Assembly (NCBI RefSeq): GCF_028368995.1 | Contig: NZ_JAQNDL010000005.1 | Location: 448,001-512,000, forward strand | Length of the DNA: 64,000 nt | Direction: 5' to 3' | Origin: Nannocystis bainbridge | Lineage (GTDB): Bacteria > Myxococcota_A > Polyangia > Nannocystales > Nannocystaceae | Part shown: in pieces, positions 38,739 through 47,603 of the stretch | How positions within the stretch are numbered: the stretch's first letter is position 1 | How the letters are laid out: every line of letters starts with the position of its first letter | Notes under the pieces: model-generated | Seen by the model: only the letters and a program-made list of their open reading frames with translations | What the model was told of the DNA's origin: nothing | Databases searched by the model: none | Position numbers and translations under genes: made by a program

Positions 38739-40856
38739 GTGCCCAGCAGAATCGACACCTCGGTCAACACCTCCTCCTCCACGGTCGTCGTCGACGTCCC
38801 CAGCACCGACATCCCGACCCGCCCGCGCGCGTCGTCGATGTCCGCGTTCGACCCCAACCGCCCCCCGCCGACGCAACCGCTCGGCGCGCCGACCTCCTCG
38901 CCGTCGCTCGCGCCTCCGCCCGGCGGCGGAACCCTGCCCCCGCTGGTCGGCGCCGGGACGACCGTCACCGTCCCCGCCGGCCCTCCGGCCCCCCGCGCTC
39001 GCGCCCAGAGCTGGTCGATGGGACAGACGGTGGGAGGCGGCGGTGCGCTGATCACCTTCGCGCGAACCCCCGCCCCCAGCGCGACCACCACGAGCTCCAG
39101 CTCCAACTCGACGACGAGCACCTCCAGCTCCTCGAACTCGAACCCCAGTTCGGCCTCGAACACCTCGAGCCCCACGGATTCCAACTCCACGACGAGCAGC
39201 TCCGACTCCACGACCTCCAGCTCGGCGACTACCACGTCCCCCGACCCGACCGTCGACGGTTCGAATCCATCACGACAGCCCCCGACCGTCCTCCTCCCCA
39301 CCACCACCACCACCACCACCACATCCGACCCGCTCCTCGGCGACCCATCGCAGCAGGCCCCGACGGTCGTCGACCCGCTCCCGCCCCCGCCGCAAAAGCT
39401 CCCGCCGAAGCCGTGGCCGAACCCCGACCGCCCGGACAAGCGCCACATCCGGCTGGCGACCGCGGGCATCAATACAAAGGCGAAAGGCGAGGGAACGGCT
39501 CACCGCAACGAGCTCGTCACGAACGCCCTCCAGGACCCCGACGACGTCACCGGACCGACGCGGAGCGACCTCGACTTCGTCGCCACGTCTTTCGAGGTGA
39601 TGCCGAGCCTCAACCTCAGAATGCGCACGGGCGTGCTCGCGGAGGCCCACCAGCGCCTCTTCAAGATCCGCGAAGCCCTGCACGGAAGGCGGCCGATCTC
39701 GGGGCTGGAGGACCTGCATGGATCGACCCTGAAGTGGGCCGACGGCGCGCTCGCCGAGGCCGACGCCACCAAGGATGTCGACCAGCGACTGGCGCAGCTC
39801 CGAGAGGCCTATCACTCGCTCCGCGAAGCCCACGCCCTCACCTTGCACGGAGAAGACCCCGACGCGGTGTGCGACTACCTCGACAAGTGCCTCGCCGAAG
39901 CCGAAGCCGACGCGGCGGCCGACCGCGCCCACTTCTCCGCGGTGTCGAGCAACCAGTCGGTGCAGAAGCTGTACGTCGCGCCCGAGTGGATGTTCCGCCG
40001 CAGCGCCGGCGCCCCCTACTCGACGGCGGAGTTCAAGCGCATCGCCGCGCGGGTCACGGCGATCAGCAACAAGTACCCCGACTGGCTGATCATCCCCGGC
40101 ACCGTCTATTACGGCGAGCCCATCGGCGACGGGAAGTTCTTCGTCCGCAACGAGGCGCTGGTCGCCCACGCCGGGGACCTGCGCGTGGTCAGCAAGCAGC
40201 ACGAGCAGGACGCCATGGCTGCGAACGAGGTGTGGTACCCGCGGCCGAACGAGTCGACGCGCTTCAAGGCCGGCGGCCACACGTACGCCGTCGAGATCTG
40301 CCGCGATCACTACAAGGCCATCGCGGCCGAGGAGTCCGACGACCTCGTCGATTTTCACGTGATCACCTCGAACGGGGTCGCCGTGGCGCCCCACGCGGTC
40401 GCCGCCCGCGACGGCGGCCTCGTCGTGCACGTCGACGGCCAATTCGGCGCGACGACCGTCTATCGCGTCCAGTGGCGCGAGAACCCGAACGCCGGCGAGG
40501 CCAAGGAATTCAGAGAGCGGGCCAGAGCAATGCGGCGAGAGATCACCGCGCTGGACATCGAGTGGACGGCCGGCAACGCCGAGGCGAGCAAGCTCCAGGC
40601 GCAGATCTCGCAGCGGAAGGCGAAGATGCGGCAGCAGGGCAAGTTCAACAAGGACGATGCCACGCTCAAACGGCTGGAGAAGCAACGCGAGGAGCTCGAC
40701 GACGCGGGCTGCAACATCATGCTGCGGCAGAAGGCGGTCAGCAACAAGCTCAACGCGGAGGCCGCGAAGTTCCTCGAGCTCGCGCCTATCTCCGGCGGCG
40801 ACGGGATCCAGATCCCCGAGAATCTCCTCGAGCTGGATCGGGACCGGTACGCCTAG
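38739..40856 (+). CDS. VgrG-linked putative effector: Pro/Ser/Thr-rich N-terminus, nitrilase-like domain, coiled-coil tail
   Basis: YVAPEWMF (Glu), LIIPGT, VRNEA, VSKQ (Lys) and VEICRDH (Cys) in carbon-nitrogen hydrolase order. Confidence 0.65.
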   Translation: MPSRIDTSVNTSSSTVVVDVPSTDIPTRPRASSMSAFDPNRPPPTQPLGAPTSSPSLAPPPGGGTLPPLVGAGTTVTVPAGPPAPRARAQSWSMGQTVGGGGALITFARTPAPSATTTSSSSNSTTSTSSSSNSNPSSASNTSSPTDSNSTTSSSDSTTSSSATTTSPDPTVDGSNPSRQPPTVLLPTTTTTTTTSDPLLGDPSQQAPTVVDPLPPPPQKLPPKPWPNPDRPDKRHIRLATAGINTKAKGEGTAHRNELVTNALQDPDDVTGPTRSDLDFVATSFEVMPSLNLRMRTGVLAEAHQRLFKIREALHGRRPISGLEDLHGSTLKWADGALAEADATKDVDQRLAQLREAYHSLREAHALTLHGEDPDAVCDYLDKCLAEAEADAAADRAHFSAVSSNQSVQKLYVAPEWMFRRSAGAPYSTAEFKRIAARVTAISNKYPDWLIIPGTVYYGEPIGDGKFFVRNEALVAHAGDLRVVSKQHEQDAMAANEVWYPRPNESTRFKAGGHTYAVEICRDHYKAIAAEESDDLVDFHVITSNGVAVAPHAVAARDGGLVVHVDGQFGATTVYRVQWRENPNAGEAKEFRERARAMRREITALDIEWTAGNAEASKLQAQISQRKAKMRQQGKFNKDDATLKRLEKQREELDDAGCNIMLRQKAVSNKLNAEAAKFLELAPISGGDGIQIPENLLELDRDRYA

Positions 40857-40866
40857 TCATCCGGCG

Positions 40867-41838
40867 ATGAGGCTCTTCAACTACACGCCGTACCCGGCCC
40901 ACCTGCACCGCGGCTGCATCGAGGAGCGGCGCATGCTCGCCTGCGCCATGCTGCGCGTCACCTACGACGTCGTCGACGGCCGCCTGCGCCCCGCGGCCGA
41001 GCAGACCTGGCCGGTCTCGCCTGGCCCATGGGACAGCCCGTATGGTCCGCTGCCGGGCGACCAGCGGTACGTCCGCGGCGGCGTCGACGTCATGGTCTTC
41101 GGGTCCGCCCGCGCCGCCGGCGGCCGACCGGTGCCGAGCATCGACGTCGCCGTCGAGGTCGGCCCGCAGTGGCGCGCCCGGCTGGTCGCCTATGGGCCGC
41201 GCGTGTGGCAGCCCGGCCGCGCCGGCCTCGTCCCCGGCGCCCCCGAGCCGGTGCGCGAGGTCCCGCTGACGCTCGCGCGCGCGTATGGCGGCAAGGACAG
41301 GTGGGACGGCCTCGAAGTCCCGTACGTCGACAACCCCGACGGCAAGGGCTTCTACCTCGAGGAGTCGCGCGCCCGCGGCGGCCCGCTGCCCGAGCTCGAG
41401 GACCCCGACTCCCCGATCCGCGCGTGGGACGACCGCCCCGAGCCGGTCGGCGCCGGCGCGTGCCCGCAGCACTTCGGCCCGCGGGTGCGTCGCGGCGTCG
41501 AGCTCGACGACGAGGGCCGGCAGATCCGCCGGCTCCGGCCCGAATTCTTCAACGACGCCTTCCCCAGGATGATCGCGCCGCGCGCCGTGCCCGGCGACCG
41601 CGTCGTGATCACCGGCGTGCGCGAGGACGGCCCGCTCGCGTTCGTGCTCCCCGCCAACGACCTCCGCGTGCGCGTCGAGGTCGGCGACGACATCGGCGAG
41701 CGCACCCCCGCGATCGACCAGATCGGCGTCGAGGCCGACGCCCGCCGCGTCTTCGTCACCTACCGCTATTCCTTCGCCTACCGGCTGACGCCCCACCAGC
41801 GGCGCAGCTGCATGCTCGGGCTGGTCGAACCCGAGTGA
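40867..41838 (+). CDS. DUF2169 T6SS adaptor
   Basis: DVMVFGSA, YGPRVW, VPL..ARAYGG, NPDGKGF, LPELED, FFNDA. Confidence 0.85.
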   Translation: MRLFNYTPYPAHLHRGCIEERRMLACAMLRVTYDVVDGRLRPAAEQTWPVSPGPWDSPYGPLPGDQRYVRGGVDVMVFGSARAAGGRPVPSIDVAVEVGPQWRARLVAYGPRVWQPGRAGLVPGAPEPVREVPLTLARAYGGKDRWDGLEVPYVDNPDGKGFYLEESRARGGPLPELEDPDSPIRAWDDRPEPVGAGACPQHFGPRVRRGVELDDEGRQIRRLRPEFFNDAFPRMIAPRAVPGDRVVITGVREDGPLAFVLPANDLRVRVEVGDDIGERTPAIDQIGVEADARRVFVTYRYSFAYRLTPHQRRSCMLGLVEPE

Positions 41839-41848
41839 GGAGCGCGCC

Positions 41849-42910
41849 GTGTTCGCTGTGATGAAGCACTTCGACGTGATGCTCGGCATCGACCTGCACA
41901 TCTGCTGGCCGCCGCCCGCGCCCAAGCCGATCGGCCCCAAGCCGTACCTCACGATCATGCTGCTGCACGGCCTCCAGCCGCTGACGCCGATGATGGCGCC
42001 CTCGTGCCTGACCCTGGCCGGCATGACGATGCAGCGCGGCACCGACATCGGCCCGGGGATCCCGCACATCGGCCCGGCGAGCAAGCTGACCCCGATCGAC
42101 GTGCTGTTCAGCTCGTCGATCTCGTACTTCGGCCCGTCGACGTACGCCGCCGAGGCGATGCCGGTCGCGGCCGCGCTGGCGATGGGGATCAACATCAACG
42201 CCAACTGCTGGCACGTCGGCCCGATCCCCTCCGGGATCGTGATCTGCCCGACGACCCACTTCACAGGCATGACGCCCTTGGACATCCTGTTCGGCGTCGT
42301 CAGCTACGGCGTCGACTTCGCCTTCGAGGCCGCGACCGACAAGCTCGCCGATGTCCTCGGCCCCGCGCTCAGAAAACACGTCATCGGTCCGATCAGCGAC
42401 AAGCTGACGGCCAAGCTGGCCTCGAAGTCCGCCGCCGACGTCGCCGGCGGCGCGTCGGCGAAGACCGCGAGCGAGGCCGCCGGCAAGGCCTCCCCGCAGC
42501 TCGGCGCCCAGCGCCGCACCGGCCCCGCGGCGGGCCCGGCCACAGGCCCACGGCCCCCCGGCAAGACGCCCATGGCACGCCCCGCCGGCGCCCCGACGCT
42601 CGCCGCGCACCGCTCCCCGCCGGCGCGCCCGCGGACGCCTGCGGGGCCGAGCAGGCCGCCTCCGCACGTCTGGAAGCCCGGCAAGCCGAACCCGCAGCAG
42701 CGCCCGACGGGCCGCCCGACGCTCGGCGACCACCGCGTCCCCGACAAGGGCCCGAGCCTGTGGGAGATCTACCGCGACGTCGGCTACGACGCCCTGATCG
42801 AGCTGCTGCTCGAGGTGCCGATGGCGATCCCGCAGCAGTTCGTGGCGGACCTCTTGCCCTTGAGCGGCATCGAGGAGTTCGGCGCCCCGCGCGACGAGCA
42901 GGACGGCTGA
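41849..42910 (+). CDS. PAAR-like protein with Pro-rich extension
   Basis: KHFDVMLGIDLH...PP.P and D.GPGIPH...SSS...FG...N.NC pattern of myxobacterial PAAR-like tips; flanked by DUF2169 genes. Confidence 0.6.
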   Translation: MFAVMKHFDVMLGIDLHICWPPPAPKPIGPKPYLTIMLLHGLQPLTPMMAPSCLTLAGMTMQRGTDIGPGIPHIGPASKLTPIDVLFSSSISYFGPSTYAAEAMPVAAALAMGININANCWHVGPIPSGIVICPTTHFTGMTPLDILFGVVSYGVDFAFEAATDKLADVLGPALRKHVIGPISDKLTAKLASKSAADVAGGASAKTASEAAGKASPQLGAQRRTGPAAGPATGPRPPGKTPMARPAGAPTLAAHRSPPARPRTPAGPSRPPPHVWKPGKPNPQQRPTGRPTLGDHRVPDKGPSLWEIYRDVGYDALIELLLEVPMAIPQQFVADLLPLSGIEEFGAPRDEQDG

Positions 42911-42913
42911 CCG

Positions 42914-44080
42914 ATGGGACATGTGCTTTCCGCCCCCTGCGACACCGCCGTCCAGCTGTCGGCGCCGCGCCCTGACGGCGAGTGGACGCTGACGCTCCTC
43001 GCCCGGCGCACCTACGAGGTCGACGGCGCCGGCCGTCTCGCGCCCGCGCCCGCGCAGCCCGGCCTGCGACCGACGCCCGAGTGGGACCCCGCCGACCCCG
43101 AGCGGCTGGTCGCCGACATGGACCTCTTCACCCACAAGCTGCGCACCGACCTCGTCGTACGCGGCCACGTCCACGGCGATGGCAAGGCCACGCGGCTGAC
43201 CGCCGAGGTGACGGTCGCCGGCCGCTCGCACCGCCTCTCGGTGTTCGGCGAGCGCCGCTGCACCCTCGACCGCACCGGGCGGATCGTCGTCTCCGAGCCG
43301 ACGCCGATCGAGCGCGTCCCGCTGCGTTACACCCACGCCTACGGCGGGCGCGACGCCACCTACGAGGCGACCCACGGCAACCCGCTGCGCCACGACCCGC
43401 GCTGGGCCGGCATGACCGCGCCGCAGATCGACGCCGCCTCGCCGTACCTGTACCCGCGCAACCCGTGCGGCCGCGGCTACCTGATCGAGGCCACGCGCGA
43501 CGCCGTCGACCGGCTCGCGCTGCCGCAGCTCGAGGATCCCACCGACCTGTTGAGCCCGACTCGCCTCACCGTCGGCGACTTCAAGGCGTGGTACCGCATG
43601 CCGCTGCCCCAGGGCACCGACTGGATCGACTACGGCTGGTACCCGCGCTGCGCCTTCTTCGGCGTGGTCCCGATCTGCAAGCGCTTCACGTCGCCGCCGG
43701 CCGAGGTCGTCCGCCAGCTCGTCCCGCCCGAGCTCGCCCCCGGCGACGGCAAGACGCTGGCGAACTTCCCCTTCGAGGCCGCGAGCGGCGCCTCGCTCCC
43801 CTTGCAGCTGCCGCACCTGCGCGGCGGCGAGCCGGTGGCGCTCGTGCACATCCACCCGCAGCGGCCGCGCTGGGAGCTCACGGTCCCGTTCGCACCCGCG
43901 CTCGCGGTCGACGCTCGTGACGGCACGGTCAGCCCGGTCGAGCCGGTCCTGCACACCCTGGTCCTCGAGCCCGACGTCGGCCGACTGACCGTCATATGGC
44001 GCGGCTCGGCCCCGGCGCTGCGCCGCTACCTGCCGCAAGAGCTGGCCACGATGCCGATGCGCGTCGCCTGGCGCGACTGA
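42914..44080 (+). CDS. DUF2169 T6SS adaptor
   Basis: K.RTDLVVRGH, VFGER, VPLRY.HAYGG, YPRNPCGRGY, LPQLEDP, W.PR, LRGGE, LHTLVLEPD...WRG. Confidence 0.88.
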   Translation: MGHVLSAPCDTAVQLSAPRPDGEWTLTLLARRTYEVDGAGRLAPAPAQPGLRPTPEWDPADPERLVADMDLFTHKLRTDLVVRGHVHGDGKATRLTAEVTVAGRSHRLSVFGERRCTLDRTGRIVVSEPTPIERVPLRYTHAYGGRDATYEATHGNPLRHDPRWAGMTAPQIDAASPYLYPRNPCGRGYLIEATRDAVDRLALPQLEDPTDLLSPTRLTVGDFKAWYRMPLPQGTDWIDYGWYPRCAFFGVVPICKRFTSPPAEVVRQLVPPELAPGDGKTLANFPFEAASGASLPLQLPHLRGGEPVALVHIHPQRPRWELTVPFAPALAVDARDGTVSPVEPVLHTLVLEPDVGRLTVIWRGSAPALRRYLPQELATMPMRVAWRD

Positions 44081-44145
44081 CCGCCAGCGCGACGCGGGAG
44101 CCCGACGATGCGTCGTGGTCGCGACGGCGATATCGACTGCGATGA

Positions 44146-44604
44146 TTACTGTGCAGCGAGCTCGGCCTGACGCGCCAGGTCCGGGATCGCCTCGAGGTGG
44201 GTCACGCGGTGGCGGCGGTCGAGGAACCACAGGTAATGCGAATAGAAGAGCCCCTGGTAATGCGGCGAGTGCAGGTGGCGGCTGGTGTCGGCGTTGCGGT
44301 GGTGGCGGCGGTGCGTCTCGGCCCACCAGATCACCCCGCCTGCAGGGTCGTGCTGCCGAGCAGCGCCAGCAGGAACTGGAACGGCCGCGACGTCTTGAAC
44401 GCGCGGTGGGCGAAGTAGCGGTGGAACTGACCGTCAGCGCGAACATCCGCGCCGCGAAGCAGGCGGCGAACAGCGCGAACGCCGGCCACGACAGCCCGGT
44501 GACGACCACCCCGAGGCACAGCGCGTGGACCAGCAGGTAGAAGCCCGCCGCCGACCACGAGAGCTGCGCCAGCGCAGCGAACCCTTGCCCCGGTCGTCTC
44601 GCAT
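44146..44604 (-). pseudogene. Acyl-CoA delta-9 desaturase fragment, frameshifted and truncated
   Basis: HRYFAHRAFKTSR.FQFLLA and WWAETHRRHH..AD...LHSP..GLFYSH.LW His boxes split across frames; C-terminal half missing. Confidence 0.8.
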
Positions 44605-44691
44605 CACCTCAGCTCCCGGCCGCCTCGAGCGGCCCCGCGTCGCCCGGGCGCACCGCCGGCAGCGGCGCCCCCGGCCGCCACTTGCGGTCGT

Positions 44692-44987
44692 GGCGTTCGC
44701 CAGCCCCCGCAAGGTGCTCGCGGGCGCCGCTCGCTGGACAGCGCCGAGCTTCTCGGCCCGCGACTTGTTCCGGCTCGAGCTCACCCTGAGCAACAAGGGG
44801 ACCCAGCAAATCTCGCTGCAGGACCCGATGGGGCTCAATGCCCGCGACTCGCTGCTGACCCTGCTCATCTCGCAGGTCCCGACTCGGGAGGTCCCGTCGC
44901 CGGCACCGAACCGCGTCACCATCACGCCCCCGATGCTCTCCCGCCCCGACCAGGCCCAGCCCCACGCCAAAAAGCCGCCAGGCTCGC
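44692..44987 (+). repeat. Partial duplicate of the putative immunity gene (about 35693-35988)
   Basis: Near-identical ~295 bp encoding KVLAGAARWTAPSFSARDLF...PHAKKPPGS. Confidence 0.9.
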
Positions 44988-45611
44988 TCAGCGCGCGGGC
45001 AGCGAGGCCACGAGCTCCTGTGTCGTGACGATCGCGTGGGCGTACGTCGGCCCGTTGATCTCGTGGGCCGCGCGCATCGCCTCCTCGGACATCGCCGCGG
45101 TCGCGTCCTTGACGAGGGTCACGTGGTAGCCGAGCTCGACCGCGAACCGGCTCGTGCATTCGATGCACGTGTTGGCGATGAGGCCGACCGCGATCACCCG
45201 CGCGATGCCGTGCTGCTTCAGCAGCATGTCGAGGTCGGTGTTGGCGAACCCGCTCGAGCCCCAGTGCTCCTTGACGACGATGTCGCCCGGCTGCGGCGCG
45301 AAGTCGGGGTGCCACTCGCCGCCCCAGCTGCCCCTGGCGAACACCTGCGTGCGGGCGGCGTTCTGCTGGTACGGGTTCGCGCGCTGCCAGCTCTCGAGGT
45401 CGCCCGGCTCCCAGCGGCGGTGCGGGACGATGAAAACGCGGATCTTCGCGGCACGGACCGCCGCGACCACCGCCCGCAAATTGTCGAGCAGGCCGACCTT
45501 CTCGGCCACGTCGCGGAGACGCGGCCAGACCTTCCCGCCCTCCGAGAGGAAGTCGTTGTACGGATCGACGAACAGGAGCGCGGTTCTTTCGGCGGGGTAC
45601 GAGTCGGTCAT
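44988..45611 (-). CDS. Isochorismatase-family cysteine hydrolase
   Basis: TALLFVDPYNDF, KEHWGSSGFANTDL, ANTCIECTSR.A.ELGY.V.LVKDA. Confidence 0.92.
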   Translation of the reverse strand: MTDSYPAERTALLFVDPYNDFLSEGGKVWPRLRDVAEKVGLLDNLRAVVAAVRAAKIRVFIVPHRRWEPGDLESWQRANPYQQNAARTQVFARGSWGGEWHPDFAPQPGDIVVKEHWGSSGFANTDLDMLLKQHGIARVIAVGLIANTCIECTSRFAVELGYHVTLVKDATAAMSEEAMRAAHEINGPTYAHAIVTTQELVASLPAR

Positions 45612-45612
45612 G

Positions 45613-46138
45613 TTATTTCTCTTTCGTGCGGGACACTGTCGGCGCGACGGTCCCGGCCGCGCAGCTCCTCAGGTATGGCGCAGCTCCGCAGCGAAGAAAA
45701 CCCGACCAACGTCGGGGCCGGGCGATTTCCACATGTTCACTGCGGCTTGAAAGCGACGTTGCCGCTGTACGCGTCGACAGGTCCGCCGACAGCAGGCGCC
45801 TCGATCTCGATGTCACGTTCAGCCTGGCTCGCTGTCCTTCAGGACAAGTTCCGAACGCCATGTTCTTCGCATCATGTGTTTCCTCGATCCCGCGCGCACC
45901 GAGCACCTCCGCGGTGACCTCGGTCGCGTCACCCCGGAGCCTGCCGACGCCGTCGCTTGCGGGAAGACCCTGATGCGTCACTCTCCGCCGCCGGCCTTCG
46001 CGGTACCGCCGCTGCCGCTCCGCGTGCCGCCTCGCGCCCACGGCGGATTGTTGGTAGCGGCGTCCCGCGAGCCGAAGCGACGCCCTCCGCTGCTCCCGTG
46101 CGCACTCCGGCCCGCAGTACAGCGGGCCGAGGCCCAGC
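45613..46138 (-). mobile_element. Remnant of an IS-associated accessory ORF (type often seen beside IS21 transposases)
   Basis: Reads [14 protein letters not shown]...RRYQQS..G.RRHAERQRRYR...VTHQG; its 5' end is cut where the epoxide hydrolase begins. Confidence 0.5.
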
Positions 46139-47215
46139 TGGCCCGACGCCCTGCCCGACGTCGGTTGGTCCCTCGGCCCTCCGCCGGAGTACCTGCGCGG
46201 GCTGGCGACCTACTGGCGCACCACCTACGACTGGCGCCGGCACGAGGCGCGGCTCAACGCGCACCCGCAGTACACCACCACCATCGACGGCCAGACGATC
46301 CACTTCCTGCACGTGCGCTCGCCCGAGCCGGACGCGCTGCCGCTGATCGTCACCCACGGCTGGCCGAGCAACGTCGTCGAGTACCTCGAAGTCATCGGCC
46401 CGCTCACTGACCCTCGCGCCCATGGCGGCGATCCAGGGGACGCGTTCCACCTCGTCATCCCCTCGCTGCCGGGCTATGGCCTGTCCGGCCCGACGCACGA
46501 GCCCGGGTGGGGCGCCGTCCGGATCGCTCGCGCCTGGTCCGAGCTGATGCGACGCCTCGGCTACGCGCGCTACGGCGCCCAGGGCGGCGACTGGGGCACG
46601 TGGATCTCCCGCGAGCTCGGCCTCCTCGACCCCGCCGTCGTCGGCCTGCACGCCAACGGCTTCATCACCTGGCCGTCGGGTGACCCGGCCGAGCTCGAGG
46701 GCCTCTCGCCCGCCGAGCAGCGGCGGCTCGCCGGCGCCGACTACTACCTGCGCGAGCTCTACGGCTACAAGAAGATCCAGTCGACTCGCCCACAGTCGCT
46801 CGCGTACGCGCTCGCGGACTCGCCGGTCGGCCTGCTCGTCTGGATCGTCGGCGTGCTCAAGGAGTGGACCGACTGCCGCGACTCACCCGAGGACGCGATC
46901 GACCGCGACGCGATCCTGACCAACGTCACGCTGTACTGGCTGACCAACACCGCGGGCTCCGCGGCGCGCTCGTTCCTCGAGACCCCCGACACCCCCGACG
47001 ACGCCGACCTCTCGGCCGTGCAGCGGGCGACGCTGCCAATCGGCGTCGCCGTGTTCCCGCGCGACATCATCGCTCCGATCCGCCGCTTCGCCGAGCGCGA
47101 CAACCACGTCGTGCACTGGACCGAGTTCGAGCGCGGCGGCACCTTCGCCGCGCTCGAGCAGCCCGACCTTTACGTCGCCGACGTGCGCGCGTTCTTCCGC
47201 CGCGTGCGCGCCTGA
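46139..47215 (+). pseudogene. Epoxide hydrolase (EHN family), 5'-truncated
   Basis: In frame from 46139: [10 protein letters not shown]...[11 protein letters not shown]...IHFLH, HGWP, PSLPGYG.S, QGGDWG; no start codon after the in-frame TAG at about 46055; the C-terminal GGHF motif reads GGTF. Confidence 0.75.
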
Positions 47216-47255
47216 TCGAAAACACGTCCACGAACCCGCCCACCGACGCCTGGCT
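47215..47255 (+). repeat. 41-bp direct repeat, copy 1
   Basis: ATCGAAAACACGTCCACGAACCCGCCCACCGACGCCTGGCT; three mismatches to 51514-51554. Confidence 0.85.
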
Positions 47256-47329
47256 GATGTCTCGGGGGGTCCCTCGTCGCCGGGTGGTTACGCCGCGACG
47301 CCCGGACCCACGGGATCGAGGCGTGGCCT

Positions 47330-47500
47330 TTGCGAGTGCACAAATAGAAGCTGCAGCGAGATCGATGTACCCGATGTCGACGTGCCAGTGTCGGCGCAGG
47401 CGGTCGGGCTGCCGGGAACTGACCGCTTTTGAGAGGCTCGTAGGTCTGCGATGCTGGGGCTTCACTGGATGTTGCGGCCCGCGTTCTTGCTCCCTCCGCA
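47330..47500 (-). mobile_element. Degenerate DDE (IS3-like) transposase remnant
   Basis: QPDRLRRHWHVDIGYIDL, then FYLCT after a frameshift, resembles the rve core QP....HWH.D.SY....FYYLCS. Confidence 0.45.
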
Positions 47501-47603
47501 GAGGCTCTTGACGCCCGCTCGGGCCGCGGCGATTTCTCGCCGCGCCTGGGGCCTGCGACCGGCCGCGACGGCGCCATCGCCCGCGTCCCCGCGCGGCAGC
47601 GCT

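Noticed and set aside
36857-40870. 1337-aa Arg/Pro-rich ORF
   Set aside because: It is an alternate frame over vgrG and the next gene, with composition typical of off-frame GC-rich sequence.
5163-44080. ClpV, canonical Hcp, Fha or TIGR02270 genes
   Set aside because: I looked for them and found no AAA+, Hcp, FHA or HEAT-repeat ORF in the window.
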